Part shown: positions 26,680 through 34,918 of the stretch, one piece after another | How positions within the stretch are numbered: position 1 is the stretch's first letter | How the letters are laid out: the number at the start of each line of letters is the position of its first letter | IMG/VR virus record: IMGVR_UViG_3300005536_000001 | Origin: a virus | Direction: 5' to 3' (one strand) | DNA: 64,000 nucleotides | Made by a program: the position numbers and the translations under genes | The notes under the pieces: model-generated | The model's input: the letters and a program-made list of their open reading frames with translations, nothing else | What the model was told of the DNA's origin: nothing | Database searches by the model: none

Positions 26680-26950
26680 TACCCGCACCAAAGAACGGTT
26701 CACCGGTGTCGCCCATCTTCTTGGGCAAGTTCCACCAAGAACCACGATCACCAAACTTGTGTGCCTTCATCATGTCGTTGTCATCAGCATACTTCCGAAG
26801 AGCGTCGAGAGTCCACCACGTGTGGCTATCCTCGCAATGAATGCACCCGCCCTCCAAACAGACGACGTCCGGATTCGGATAGCACATCATCACCTGATCA
26901 AACTCTTGCATGACAACGACCGGTGCTTCTTTCCAGTCCATATGATTCAT
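26672..26950 (-). CDS. hypothetical protein
   Basis: 92 aa ORF. 4-nt overlap upstream. Confidence 0.55.
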   Translation of the reverse strand: MNHMDWKEAPVVVMQEFDQVMMCYPNPDVVCLEGGCIHCEDSHTWWTLDALRKYADDNDMMKAHKFGDRGSWWNLPKKMGDTGEPFFGAGNG

Positions 26951-27207
26951 GACCGTGGCACCCTCGACTTCACCGGGTCAACGCTCTCGATGTCTTCCAC
27001 AAGAGCAAGGTGCTTGCCCACGCGCTCAACGAGTGCATCGAGCTCGTCCGACTTGAGCGTCAGTGCCGTCAGCTCGGTGACGGTGCGCTTTGGCTCCCTG
27101 ATCTTCGAGTTGCCGACTCCACCGTAAGTCTCGATCAACTTGTGATCAACACGCTCAACGACGATGCGAGCAACGTAGTGTGATGATTCTTCAATCTGCT
27201 GAGACAC
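26947..27207 (-). CDS. hypothetical protein
   Basis: 86 aa ORF. Confidence 0.55.
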   Translation of the reverse strand: MSQQIEESSHYVARIVVERVDHKLIETYGGVGNSKIREPKRTVTELTALTLKSDELDALVERVGKHLALVEDIESVDPVKSRVPRS

Positions 27208-27215
27208 TTTTCTCC

Positions 27216-27482
27216 TTAGACATGCGCGTGTTCTTTGTCCAATGAGACAACTGACGAATTAATGCCTCCTCCGATGTGCGGTGTTTCCTCCTTCGCACTC
27301 GTCAATTTCATGTGGTGCGTGTTAAGCGTGTCGAATAGTTTCCACAACGCAACGGGAAACAACCCAATCTTCACCATGATGGATGCCGATGCGATTCCCA
27401 AGCAGGTCCAGAGGAACGTCATCAACAGACCCGTCACAAGTGAACTATGTCGACGCTGCCAGCGGCACAGTCGTGTCAGCAC
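27216..27482 (-). CDS. membrane protein
   Basis: 88 aa. GTG follows GGGGG. Arg-rich N-terminus followed by hydrophobic helices. Confidence 0.45.
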   Translation of the reverse strand: MLTRLCRWQRRHSSLVTGLLMTFLWTCLGIASASIMVKIGLFPVALWKLFDTLNTHHMKLTSAKEETPHIGGGINSSVVSLDKEHAHV

Positions 27483-27502
27483 GAAACCCCCAGGAAATCA
27501 GT

Positions 27503-27724
27503 TCACGGTGGGAAGTCAGGAGCGGCGTCGTTGCCTACCTCACGTTCCTTCTTCACAGCGAGACGCATCGCGCCAACGATGATGCCGTTGAACGCAGCCG
27601 TAAGAATCATGACTTCCTCAGCGGTCGTCAAGTCGTGCTTCTTCAGCCACGTCCCAAGCGCAACATCGAGCGCGCGACGTGCCTCATTCACGATTTTAGC
27701 ACGCGGATGCATCTCGTTTGTCAT
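27503..27724 (-). CDS. hypothetical protein
   Basis: ORF 27503..27967 trimmed to the ATG at 27724, which follows GAGGAGAG. Confidence 0.5.
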   Translation of the reverse strand: MTNEMHPRAKIVNEARRALDVALGTWLKKHDLTTAEEVMILTAAFNGIIVGAMRLAVKKEREVGNDAAPDFPP

Positions 27725-27770
27725 GCGACTATCTCTCCTCAGATCCTGTCGTACACGTCCGTCACGTCCG

Positions 27771-28001
27771 TCACGTCGAACGAGAAAACTTCCATTCCTT
27801 CGGCCATCCTGCCTGCACTGCGATGATCTGCAAAGCGCGAATGTCGTGCGGCTCGACCCTGCGGCACATGCCAACAGCGATCTCGCTGGTGCTATGCACG
27901 CAACCATGCTCGCTGTCAACACCTGACTCGTAGTCAAGAATCTCGTTGACGAGCTCGTCGTTGACATTCTCTTGCGCGTGAAGCCATTCCATGAAATTCA
28001 T
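27771..28001 (-). CDS. hypothetical protein
   Basis: ORF 27771..28106 trimmed to the ATG at 28001 (ATGA overlap). Confidence 0.5.
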   Translation of the reverse strand: MNFMEWLHAQENVNDELVNEILDYESGVDSEHGCVHSTSEIAVGMCRRVEPHDIRALQIIAVQAGWPKEWKFSRST

Positions 28002-28234
28002 GCGACCCTCCCTGGGATAACTCCGCCACCACGCGCGACGTGACGGTCTAGTCGTGCAACCACCGTCGCACGGTCTCCTACCGTCCGCAACATGCGCTCG
28101 TGACAAGCCGTCTTCAGCTGTTCATCTGTCATCAGGTGAAACCAGTCGCGTGCCATCACCTGCTTTCGAAAGAGACACAGCAGCTCCTTCGCCTGCTCGG
28201 CGTCAAGCGCTATGATCTCCGGGAGATTGTCCAT
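27998..28234 (-). CDS. hypothetical protein
   Basis: 78 aa ORF. Confidence 0.55.
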   Translation of the reverse strand: MDNLPEIIALDAEQAKELLCLFRKQVMARDWFHLMTDEQLKTACHERMLRTVGDRATVVARLDRHVARGGGVIPGRVA

Positions 28235-28235
28235 A

Positions 28236-28379
28236 TCACATTCCCATCATGTAAGCGAAGAGCGGGCCAAGCGGCTTGACGACACCGAGAACAACACCGG
28301 CGAATGCGGATGTGATGATGGCGTTGACGACGGTCACAGGCCGAATCGGCTGGACGACGTGCGAACGATGGCGGCTCAT
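28236..28379 (-). CDS. 47 aa membrane micro-protein
   Basis: MSRHRSHVVQPIRPVTVVNAIITSAFAGVVLGVVKPLGPLFAYMMGM. RBS AGGAGAG-N4-ATG. First gene after the promoter. Confidence 0.45.
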   Translation of the reverse strand: MSRHRSHVVQPIRPVTVVNAIITSAFAGVVLGVVKPLGPLFAYMMGM

Positions 28380-28417
28380 GATGCTCTCCTATTAATCTTC
28401 ACGGGTTGGTAATGAAG

Positions 28418-28446
28418 ACTTTACCACATCACCTCACAAGTAGCAA
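28418..28446 (-). promoter_or_regulatory. promoter TTGCTA-17-TAAAGT
   Basis: Minus-strand read. Confidence 0.5.
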
Positions 28447-28459
28447 CTAATCACGGGTA

Positions 28460-28747
28460 TCATTCACCGTCCAACTGGGCCCGAACTTCGGGCAGGTTCC
28501 ACAGCTCCTCATATGTCGTGCACTCTGGGTGAAACTCCATCGCCGTTCTAAGATGCTTGTTCACCACACCGGACGCGTAGTCAAGTGCACGCGCAATACT
28601 TGCCTGTGTTTCACCGGCACGAAGACGCCGAAGGATAACGATCTGGTGAAAGGTGAGAGCGTTGCCGCGCGCCTGTTTCGCGATGGCCCTGGGATTATGC
28701 CATGGCTGTGGCTGACGAAGACCGTTGTACTCTCTCCGCCTATTCAC
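28460..28747 (-). CDS. LuxR/GerE-type HTH DNA-binding protein
   Basis: 95 aa. LTFHQIVILRRLRAGETQASIARALDYASGVVNKHL. Confidence 0.6.
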   Translation of the reverse strand: MNRRREYNGLRQPQPWHNPRAIAKQARGNALTFHQIVILRRLRAGETQASIARALDYASGVVNKHLRTAMEFHPECTTYEELWNLPEVRAQLDGE

Positions 28748-29052
28748 TGCTCCAGCAATTCCTGCACGCGAGGAAGGTCCAGGAGTTCCTCACGCGTTTC
28801 AACGTCAAACCGCGCCATCGCACGTACGATGTGCGTGTAGACCGTCTGCCTTGACATGCTAAGCGCTGCGCCTATCGCGCCCGTCTTTTCACCTGTGGCA
28901 ACACGGCGAAGAATGACGGTCTCGATGAGTGTGAGTTCGTCAGTCGGTGTCGCTGGTTTTGGATTGTGCCTGGGTCCGCTCCAACTTTGTGGTCGAGCGG
29001 CAGGTGCATGAAGTGCATCACGCTCGGTGCTCGTCAGTTTGCGCACCATCAA
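28744..29052 (-). CDS. LuxR/GerE-type HTH DNA-binding protein (paralog)
   Basis: 102 aa. LTLIETVILRRVATGEKTGAIGAALSMSRQTVYTHI. Confidence 0.6.
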   Translation of the reverse strand: MMVRKLTSTERDALHAPAARPQSWSGPRHNPKPATPTDELTLIETVILRRVATGEKTGAIGAALSMSRQTVYTHIVRAMARFDVETREELLDLPRVQELLEQ

Positions 29053-29420
29053 CCTTCACCCCACTGGGCAGCCACTTCACCAAGAAGCGTGTAGAGATCG
29101 TCTCCCGCCTCAACGAAAGTGATGAACTTACCTTCGGGCGAATCGTCAGTCTCCAACTCAAGCGTGAGGTAACCGTCGTGATCGGCAATCTTCGCTCGCT
29201 TACACATCTCAGCGAAGAGAGGGGCCGCGGCTTCCGCCTGCTCAAAGTAATTCGTCACCTTGATCGGCTCAGGCGATGCCTTGATCATTACCGTCGTGGC
29301 ATTAACGTCAGCTTTCGAGTACACAACGCACTCTGATGTAGCGTCAGCACCTGGCAATTCACGCATCGCTGCTGCCGCTTGGATGAAGAAGTTGACGCCT
29401 GTATGCTTTTCGTCAGCCAC
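29049..29420 (-). CDS. hypothetical protein
   Basis: ORF 29049..29459 trimmed to the GTG at 29420, which overlaps the upstream stop. Confidence 0.5.
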   Translation of the reverse strand: MADEKHTGVNFFIQAAAAMRELPGADATSECVVYSKADVNATTVMIKASPEPIKVTNYFEQAEAAAPLFAEMCKRAKIADHDGYLTLELETDDSPEGKFITFVEAGDDLYTLLGEVAAQWGEG

Positions 29421-29805
29421 GTCCCTGCCTCGCTCGCTTCTTAGTGGTTGACAATGCAACCTTCTTGACGGAAATCATCTTCCGCTCAGACACTCGCCAG
29501 TGTCCACCCGCGTTCTCCACGCAGGAACAACCGAAGGTACCGTAGCCGGACTGCGTAGAGCGGCCGCAGCGGCAGTACAGCCAGGTGCAGTTGCCCTTCT
29601 CGCAATCAACTGCGATGTCGATGCTCGCGTCGTCAGCAGTACCGCAACACTCGCGCGGTGGGAGGACGTAATCATCGGGAATGAGCGTCGCGAACAGGTC
29701 ATCGATCGCATCATCCTCTTCCTGCTTGCTGTCGAATTCGCGAGCAGGAGGTTGCTCACGCCACTTCATGTTGTCACCAAGCTCGATTTCAAACTCGTCA
29801 GTCAT
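29413..29805 (-). CDS. Cys-rich hypothetical protein
   Basis: 130 aa ORF containing 10 Cys. Confidence 0.55.
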   Translation of the reverse strand: MTDEFEIELGDNMKWREQPPAREFDSKQEEDDAIDDLFATLIPDDYVLPPRECCGTADDASIDIAVDCEKGNCTWLYCRCGRSTQSGYGTFGCSCVENAGGHWRVSERKMISVKKVALSTTKKRARQGRG

Positions 29806-30269
29806 GATCCTCCGCTCGTTCCAGCACTTGCGCCGGCCTTCACGCCAAACCCGCCGCGCGAAATCGTGCTCGTCTTGCCACCCGTGGCAGGCACCTTCGT
29901 CCCTACCGTCTTGCCTGTGTCAGCGACCCTATACGTACGAACATACCCGGCGGGATTTCCTACGGGCATCTTCTGCCCCACCGCGGGAATATCACCACGG
30001 TACGTGCGCGTGTCAAAGATCATGTAGTGGTAACCACCAGCGAAGATGACACCGCCGTCATCGCCGTAATCGCCGCACTGTGAATCGTCGACGCGTGTGA
30101 AGCCATCTGGACTCGTGCACACCGCGAGTGCGTCAGCTTCATCGCCAGCAACTTCACCTGTGGCAACAGCGATGATGCCTATGACGACCGCAAGTGCGCC
30201 TAGTCCTAGGACAGAAACCGCCGCAGCTTCGCCAACGCTTAAGCCAGGGCTACGCCCATAGTATCCCAT
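29802..30269 (-). CDS. membrane-anchored hypothetical protein
   Basis: 155 aa. N-terminal TM helix AAAVSVLGLGALAVVIGIIAVA. Confidence 0.55.
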   Translation of the reverse strand: MGYYGRSPGLSVGEAAAVSVLGLGALAVVIGIIAVATGEVAGDEADALAVCTSPDGFTRVDDSQCGDYGDDGGVIFAGGYHYMIFDTRTYRGDIPAVGQKMPVGNPAGYVRTYRVADTGKTVGTKVPATGGKTSTISRGGFGVKAGASAGTSGGS

Positions 30270-30273
30270 CCTA

Positions 30274-30507
30274 CTATCCTACTTCCTGTGAATCTGCGTG
30301 AATGAGGGGACGTCCCTCAGCGTCGTATGCGCAGGGTCCAGTGGAGCCGCACTGAACGCATGATGAGCCCGTGAGTGAAAGCTTTTCAACGATCTCGTCT
30401 TCGGGCTCGATCATCGGCCCTTCAAACTCAAGCGAAACGTCAAGCACCTCATCCCAAAACTTTTCGTCACTCAACGCAGCTCGGCGATCATGATCGGGGC
30501 AAATCAC
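30274..30507 (-). CDS. hypothetical protein
   Basis: 77 aa. GTG follows GGGAGG. Confidence 0.5.
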   Translation of the reverse strand: MICPDHDRRAALSDEKFWDEVLDVSLEFEGPMIEPEDEIVEKLSLTGSSCVQCGSTGPCAYDAEGRPLIHADSQEVG

Positions 30508-30676
30508 GTGTTGCCTCCCACTGCTCCTGCGCGTCGGTGACGATTCTCGGCGGAATCTCGGCGTCCCGCATGGTCGTGTTCAAGCCAAGGTCAATCTTGA
30601 TTCGCTGCACCTCCAGGTCGGCTAGTCGAACTGCCAACCATCTCCAAACCGGCTTCAGTCTCCCCTGAGCGGGCAT
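30488..30676 (-). CDS. hypothetical protein
   Basis: 62 aa. RBS GAGAGGAGG. Confidence 0.5.
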   Translation of the reverse strand: MPAQGRLKPVWRWLAVRLADLEVQRIKIDLGLNTTMRDAEIPPRIVTDAQEQWEATRDLPRS

Positions 30677-30702
30677 CTGAGACCTCCTCTCAACCGCCTA
30701 AG

Positions 30703-30740
30703 GCCCCGGCCGAAGCAGTTGCCGCTACTTCGGGCGAGGC
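30703..30740 (-). terminator. imperfect GC-rich hairpin (11 of 13 bp)
   Basis: GCCCCGGCCGAAG / CTTCGGGCGAGGC. Lies after the stop at 30765. Confidence 0.35.
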
Positions 30741-30764
30741 GATCAGGAGGAGGTGCTGGGGTAC

Positions 30765-30905
30765 CTAGCTGCCGACGCGAACACCGATAAGGTTACCGAC
30801 GCCGGTGAAGTACGCTTCGAGCAGTGCGAAGTGTCCGGGAATCGCGATCTCGATCAAGAAGAGCCCGCCCACGACGCAGCAGACGATGAAAAGAACCCTC
30901 TTCAC
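30765..30905 (-). CDS. 46 aa membrane micro-protein
   Basis: VKRVLFIVCCVVGGLFLIEIAIPGHFALLEAYFTGVGNLIGVRVGS. GTG follows GAGG. Confidence 0.35.
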   Translation of the reverse strand: MKRVLFIVCCVVGGLFLIEIAIPGHFALLEAYFTGVGNLIGVRVGS

Positions 30906-30915
30906 AGCGCGTACC

Positions 30916-31317
30916 TCACTTATCTTTGAAGAAGTCGGTGACAGTTTGCCCGTCGATGGAGCCTGCCTGAATCAGCGGGCCGTTCACCTCGCCGTTGACG
31001 ACGTTGTGCACGCCCCCCTGGACATGCTCACGCTTCACCGGCGCCGGGCTGGGCTTGATCGCGAAGTCCAGTGGGAGAGTGCTTGCCACCACCTTGTGCT
31101 CACCCGCGGCGAACCACACAGTGAAGCCACCCGGGCGAACCTGATCGCGTAACGTACACGTCGCCTTACGCTGGTTCGATCCTGCAGTGGGGTGCTCGAT
31201 GTGATGGATGCGTACCCACGCACGACCATGCTTCACAAGCATGCCCGCAGCAAGCTCACGCTGCTGGACCTTGACCTTTCGTTCGAACACGCTCTCCTCG
31301 ATTCCTAGGGGTCTCAT
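30916..31317 (-). CDS. hypothetical protein (start uncertain)
   Basis: ORF 30916..31347. The ATG at 31317 lies inside the ribozyme-like CCGAUGA box. Alternative in-frame GTG at 31290 follows GAGGAGAG. Confidence 0.5.
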   Translation of the reverse strand: MRPLGIEESVFERKVKVQQRELAAGMLVKHGRAWVRIHHIEHPTAGSNQRKATCTLRDQVRPGGFTVWFAAGEHKVVASTLPLDFAIKPSPAPVKREHVQGGVHNVVNGEVNGPLIQAGSIDGQTVTDFFKDK

Positions 31318-31364
31318 CGGGCCGGTCTCTTTCCCGGCGACGCCCACGTGCAGGCGTTTCGACC
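31310..31364 (-). ncRNA. hammerhead-like element, copy F (core variant CCGAUGA)
   Basis: GGUC-GAAAC-GCC-(8 nt)-GGC-GUC|GCCGG-(8 nt)-CCGGC-CCGAUGA-GACC. Same architecture as the other copies but with U4 changed to C. Possibly a weak or decayed copy. Confidence 0.4.
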
Positions 31365-31428
31365 AGTTAACGAGTATCCTACCACGTGCATTTCATTCGG
31401 TGAGGAAGGCGACATCGGCCGCCCTCAC

Positions 31429-31662
31429 TCATCGACTGAAACGAAAGTCACCGTGCTCGTGGGAGATCATGAACGCCTCATGCTTGTCGAGATCGACTCC
31501 ACGCATCGATGCGGTCGCGTACGCGCACTCGATGATGATCTCTGCCATCTCTTCAGTCTCGGTCCACTCGCATTCGTACGCGACCGGGAGCGTGATGAGC
31601 GTGTCGATGTCGTTCTGGCGAACGAACGAAACAATGAAGTGGGTAACGGGTGCCTGCGGCAT
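31429..31662 (-). CDS. hypothetical protein (family with 31758 and 32035 genes)
   Basis: 77 aa. RBS AGGAGAG-N4-ATG. Confidence 0.55.
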   Translation of the reverse strand: MPQAPVTHFIVSFVRQNDIDTLITLPVAYECEWTETEEMAEIIIECAYATASMRGVDLDKHEAFMISHEHGDFRFSR

Positions 31663-31704
31663 GATGCTCTCCTGGGTTCCTGTGGTGTTCGTGTTGATAT
31701 GTTT

Positions 31705-31733
31705 ATTGTATCACACTAAATGATGGGGTGCAA
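31705..31733 (-). promoter_or_regulatory. promoter TTGCAC-17-TACAAT
   Basis: Minus-strand read. The -35 box is embedded in the terminator hairpin. Confidence 0.6.
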
Positions 31734-31748
31734 CAGGCACACCCCATC
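31722..31748 (-). terminator. hairpin GATGGGGTG / CACCCCATC (9 bp)
   Basis: Directly after the stop of 31758..31976. Confidence 0.5.
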
Positions 31749-31757
31749 ATCGTGAAA

Positions 31758-31976
31758 TCACGCGAACTGCTTGATGGGCAGGCCGCCAAACTTGATCTCC
31801 ACGAGCGTGTAATCGCGCATATCAAGTTCTGCACCATTGATGAAGTCGTCTGCTTCGCTCATGATGGTAGTCGCATCCAACATGACGGCCAAAGGAACAT
31901 CATCCGAGTCGATGTCAACCGTGATGCGTACCGCGAAAAGGAAGTCGTGACGCCAAACGAGCGTGTACGTGTTCAT
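31758..31976 (-). CDS. hypothetical protein
   Basis: 72 aa. RBS AGGAGAG-N4-ATG. Confidence 0.55.
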   Translation of the reverse strand: MNTYTLVWRHDFLFAVRITVDIDSDDVPLAVMLDATTIMSEADDFINGAELDMRDYTLVEIKFGGLPIKQFA

Positions 31977-32013
31977 CGTGCTCTCCTAACGATCAAGTCG
32001 TTGTGTTAAGACT

Positions 32014-32043
32014 ATTGTATCAGGAAAGCGTGATCTAGTCGAA
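32014..32043 (-). promoter_or_regulatory. promoter TTCGAC-18-TACAAT
   Basis: Minus-strand read. The -35 box overlaps the stop of the upstream gene. Confidence 0.45.
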
Positions 32044-32262
32044 CGAAATGATGACCATCCCGCCGTATGCGATGCTCTTGAGCGTGTAGTCACTCAGGTC
32101 AATATTCATGTCGGCGGCACGGTCGTACGCGTACGCGACGAACGCAGTAAACCCGTCGTCGATGTCCCACGGCATCTTCTCGAAGTCGACCTTCATCACC
32201 AATGAGAAGATGTTGCTGTAGTCGTTCTCAAACACGAGAACGTACGGGGACGTGTTCTTCAT
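32035..32262 (-). CDS. hypothetical protein
   Basis: ORF 32035..32274 (TTG) trimmed to the ATG at 32262, which follows GGAGG and overlaps the upstream stop (TGATG). Confidence 0.55.
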   Translation of the reverse strand: MKNTSPYVLVFENDYSNIFSLVMKVDFEKMPWDIDDGFTAFVAYAYDRAADMNIDLSDYTLKSIAYGGMVIISFD

Positions 32263-32492
32263 CAGAACCTCCAAATCGTCTTTCCATTGCGCGTGATGCA
32301 GTACGCCGAGTACCCGTCAAGCTTGATCTCTGGCTGGTTCGCCGCGACGAGCGCACGCGCGAAGTCAACGATCGCGTTGGCGTGCTCGTCGATGTCGGCC
32401 GGATTCGCCGGGTGGTCAGTCGGCACAAGCGTTTCGAACGCCGGGTTGGTGTCCTTGCGGAACGTGACGTTGTATCGGTACGTGGTGGGCAT
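32262..32492 (-). CDS. hypothetical protein
   Basis: 76 aa. RBS AGGAGAG-N4-ATG. Confidence 0.55.
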   Translation of the reverse strand: MPTTYRYNVTFRKDTNPAFETLVPTDHPANPADIDEHANAIVDFARALVAANQPEIKLDGYSAYCITRNGKTIWRF

Positions 32493-32536
32493 GTTGCTCT
32501 CCTAGGTCACGTGCGAAAGTCCTTCTACTCCCACAA

Positions 32537-32562
32537 GCCGCCACGCACGAATGCGTGACGGC
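32537..32562 (-). terminator. hairpin GCCGCCACGCA-CGAA-TGCGTGACGGC
   Basis: 11 bp with one mismatch and a tetraloop. Lies after the stop of 32582..32821. Confidence 0.45.
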
Positions 32563-32581
32563 GAGGGGAGCGTGTTGTGTG

Positions 32582-32821
32582 CTAGGCCGACGTGATGCGC
32601 GAGATCACTTCGTTCGCGTCACCCGTGTCGAGAGCGTAACGGTTGGCCACGATGACGAGGTCCTCCCGCGTGCCGGTGAACTTGATCTCGGGCCAACCAC
32701 CGGCCGCGTGAACGCCCGTGAAGTCGGCCGTCACATCAGTCTCGTGCACCAGCGCGTCAACCGCGTCGGTCACCTCTTCCTCGGGCCCGAAGCAAACGTC
32801 CAGGGTGAGTGCCTGCATCAT
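32582..32821 (-). CDS. hypothetical protein
   Basis: 79 aa. RBS AGGAGAG. Confidence 0.55.
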   Translation of the reverse strand: MMQALTLDVCFGPEEEVTDAVDALVHETDVTADFTGVHAAGGWPEIKFTGTREDLVIVANRYALDTGDANEVISRITSA

Positions 32822-32856
32822 GCTCTCCTTGTGCTCGTGATTTCGGTACTAAGACT

Positions 32857-32884
32857 ACAGTACTAGGCGACGTGATCAATGCAA
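32857..32884 (-). promoter_or_regulatory. promoter TTGCAT-16-TACTGT
   Basis: Minus-strand read, with the conserved AGTCTTAG leader. Confidence 0.6.
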
Positions 32885-32889
32885 ACGTG

Positions 32890-33075
32890 TCAGAAACTAC
32901 GTGATGTGCAGCGATCGTCGGCTGCCGAGCACGCCCAACACGGATCATCTTCCTCGCACCGCGTATCGACCTCGTTAGGCGTAACGATGTTCGACGTAGG
33001 TGTGGGAGTTTTCACTGGACGTTCGCACGCGCTCAACGCAAGTGCAAGTGCAATGATAACGAAAGCCTTGCGCAT
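32890..33075 (-). CDS. small lipoprotein
   Basis: 61 aa. MRKAFVIIALALALSAC (lipobox LSAC). Four further Cys residues. Confidence 0.6.
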   Translation of the reverse strand: MRKAFVIIALALALSACERPVKTPTPTSNIVTPNEVDTRCEEDDPCWACSAADDRCTSRSF

Positions 33076-33236
33076 CAGTGCGCTTTCTCCAAGTTCTTGA
33101 TTCGCTCAGCGATAACGAGTTCTGACTCTCGTCGTGCGAATTCAGCGAGCACACCCTCAAATGTGAAGTCACCCGCTGTCTGCTTCTCGTAGATCTCACG
33201 CAGCTTCGCAGCGTACTCAGTGATCAACTCGTCCAT
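33075..33236 (-). CDS. 53 aa hypothetical protein
   Basis: MDELITEYAAKLREIYEK... TGATG overlaps at both ends. Below the ORF-track cutoff. Confidence 0.45.
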   Translation of the reverse strand: MDELITEYAAKLREIYEKQTAGDFTFEGVLAEFARRESELVIAERIKNLEKAH

Positions 33237-33661
33237 CACTTGACCGCCTTCTTATTCGCTCGTATGGCCTTCTTCACGCAGTCGCCAGCCAACTCAACCA
33301 TCAGCTGCGCCGGACTCGCATACCCGTGGCACTCCGAGATCTCGGCGTCAAGCTGCATCAACACACGCTCGATTGCGGCGAGTCGAACGGCAATGTCATC
33401 AATCGTGCGTCGCCTCACTTCATCTGGGTCAGCCGGCGGCTTCATATCGATGATGGCGTCAACAACACCACGCTCGTGTTGGAGAAGCAGGACTGCCTCA
33501 TCCCAATCGTCAGTCTGAAGCAACACCGTGAACGTGATATGGATATCCTCAATCATACGATTGCGCAAGCGCTTGGGCTTTTCATCCGGTGCGAGCTGCT
33601 CGCTTGAATTGACCACACCTACGTAACCATCACTACGCTTATACACAAAGTACGCCATCAC
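33236..33661 (-). CDS. hypothetical protein
   Basis: 141 aa. RBS AGGAGAG-N4-ATG. Confidence 0.6.
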   Translation of the reverse strand: MMAYFVYKRSDGYVGVVNSSEQLAPDEKPKRLRNRMIEDIHITFTVLLQTDDWDEAVLLLQHERGVVDAIIDMKPPADPDEVRRRTIDDIAVRLAAIERVLMQLDAEISECHGYASPAQLMVELAGDCVKKAIRANKKAVK

Positions 33662-33735
33662 GCTCTCCTAAGTTCCGCAAGTTCGGGGACCCGGGCCCGT
33701 GGCGGTCCAGAGGGGACACCGGGTCGCTCAAGACA

Positions 33736-33764
33736 ATCATACCACACACGTGTCTGGTTGTCTA
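33736..33764 (-). promoter_or_regulatory. promoter TAGACA-17-TATGAT
   Basis: Minus-strand read. Followed by a GC-rich structured leader (GACCCGG...CCGGGUC). Confidence 0.5.
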
Positions 33765-33917
33765 GGTTAGCTGCACATACACCGTGCCGCCACCGGGCAT
33801 ACGCTTGAAGAAGCGTGCTGGGTTGTTGTACCATGATGCAGAGCGAGTCTCAGGCGTATGCACTGGGTGCTCACCACGAACATCGCACGTTGCGTCGTTG
33901 CACTGGTCTTCCATCAT
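33762..33917 (-). CDS. 51 aa hypothetical protein (tentative)
   Basis: MMEDQCNDATCDVRGEHPVH... The ATG is 6 nt after the upstream stop (TAAGGATGCATG). Confidence 0.3.
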   Translation of the reverse strand: MMEDQCNDATCDVRGEHPVHTPETRSASWYNNPARFFKRMPGGGTVYVQLT

Positions 33918-33923
33918 GCATCC

Positions 33924-34526
33924 TTACTCTCGTTGAAGAATGACACGTCCGAAGTAGATGTCACCCTGCTCAAGAATCTTGAACCCGTGATCGAGCAGGT
34001 AAGGCACAGCAGCACCACACTTGCCATTCCACCCGGGTCCGGTGGTGGGGTCAAGTACTGACGGCAGCACCCACGTGTCATCACATGCGACGATGCCACC
34101 TGGGATGACCCACGGCTCGACAAGCTTCGCAATGGTGAGGTGCGATGCACGACTTGCTTCACGCGAATATGCCTGCCCACGCGCGAGATACTCTCGCTCC
34201 TGGGCGTCCCACATGCCCTCGGTTGCGTGCTCGTAGGGCCAGTCATGGCCGTCAAGCCACGCAAAACCGATGGGCAAATCCCAGTGTTCAAGCACGTGCT
34301 CAGCACCACCAAGATATGCTGTCACGTTAGGAATCTGTCTCGCACGCTCCACCTGTGTCGGCTCCACGTCGATGACATGAACCGGTGGACCCACCCGTGA
34401 GAGAAACGTCGTGGAGCCGTCTCCCACCGAATCACGCTCGGCGCCGACCTCAAGAATGACGCTACTCGTCCCGTAATCCGTCTCGTACGAGACGTCAGTC
34501 GCTCGCTGATACCCGTTTGTTCCCAC
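33924..34526 (-). CDS. putative class I SAM-dependent methyltransferase
   Basis: 200 aa. VILEVGAERDSVGDGST (motif I-like), VHVIDVEP, GGIVACDD. GTG start. Confidence 0.45.
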   Translation of the reverse strand: MGTNGYQRATDVSYETDYGTSSVILEVGAERDSVGDGSTTFLSRVGPPVHVIDVEPTQVERARQIPNVTAYLGGAEHVLEHWDLPIGFAWLDGHDWPYEHATEGMWDAQEREYLARGQAYSREASRASHLTIAKLVEPWVIPGGIVACDDTWVLPSVLDPTTGPGWNGKCGAAVPYLLDHGFKILEQGDIYFGRVILQRE

Positions 34527-34533
34527 GCGGTCG

Positions 34534-34542
34534 ACTATATCA
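34534..34542 (-). promoter_or_regulatory. extended -10 promoter TGATATAGT; predicted leaderless transcript
   Basis: The -10 box ends 7 nt before the GTG at 34526. No -35 box and no RBS. Confidence 0.4.
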
Positions 34543-34543
34543 C

Positions 34544-34579
34544 AAAGGCCCCGGCCCTCCGAGAAGGAGGACCGAGGCC
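34544..34579 (-). terminator. intrinsic terminator (14 bp GC-rich stem plus U tract)
   Basis: Minus strand: GGCCUCGGUCCUCC-UUCUC-GGAGGGCCGGGGCC followed by UUUGUG. Confidence 0.7.
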
Positions 34580-34593
34580 TTCGTGCGTGTCAG

Positions 34594-34908
34594 TTAACAG
34601 CCGCAGCCGGTGTTCTTCGTCTTACCGCAGCGGTAACAGAACTTGTCTTGGGGATCGGGCATGGTGCTCTCCTTGTTTCCGTTGATCTCGTCGTCCATCT
34701 CACCGATCATCTTCGCGAGTACGGCGTGACGGCGAACCTGCACCATCATCAACTTCGTCACCGCAGAGATGAGGTGCGTGGTGCGAACCTCGACCGTGTC
34801 AATCTCGACACCGTCAAGATCGAACACCCGAATCGTCGATGTGCCCGTGATGTCACTCGGGTCGAAATCAATTCGACATAAGTGATGTCGAACACTGGCC
34901 ACAATCAT
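34594..34908 (-). CDS. hypothetical protein with C-terminal CxxC...CGC tail
   Basis: ORF 34594..34926. The track ATG is the AUG of the CUGAUGA box. ATG at 34908 or GTG at 34902 follows GGAGAGG. An internal AAGGAGAGCACCATG precedes the last 22 codons. Confidence 0.55.
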   Translation of the reverse strand: MIVASVRHHLCRIDFDPSDITGTSTIRVFDLDGVEIDTVEVRTTHLISAVTKLMMVQVRRHAVLAKMIGEMDDEINGNKESTMPDPQDKFCYRCGKTKNTGCGC

Positions 34909-34918
34909 CCTCTCCATC

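Noticed and set aside
27750-27780. Short tandem repeat GTCACGTCC x2.5
   Set aside because: It is only about 2.5 copies and partly within coding sequence, so it is likely incidental.
28121-28127. TCATCAG (CUGAUGA on the minus strand) inside genes, e.g. 28121 and 21055
   Set aside because: These are isolated heptamers within coding sequence, without GAAA or GUC elements in hammerhead register.
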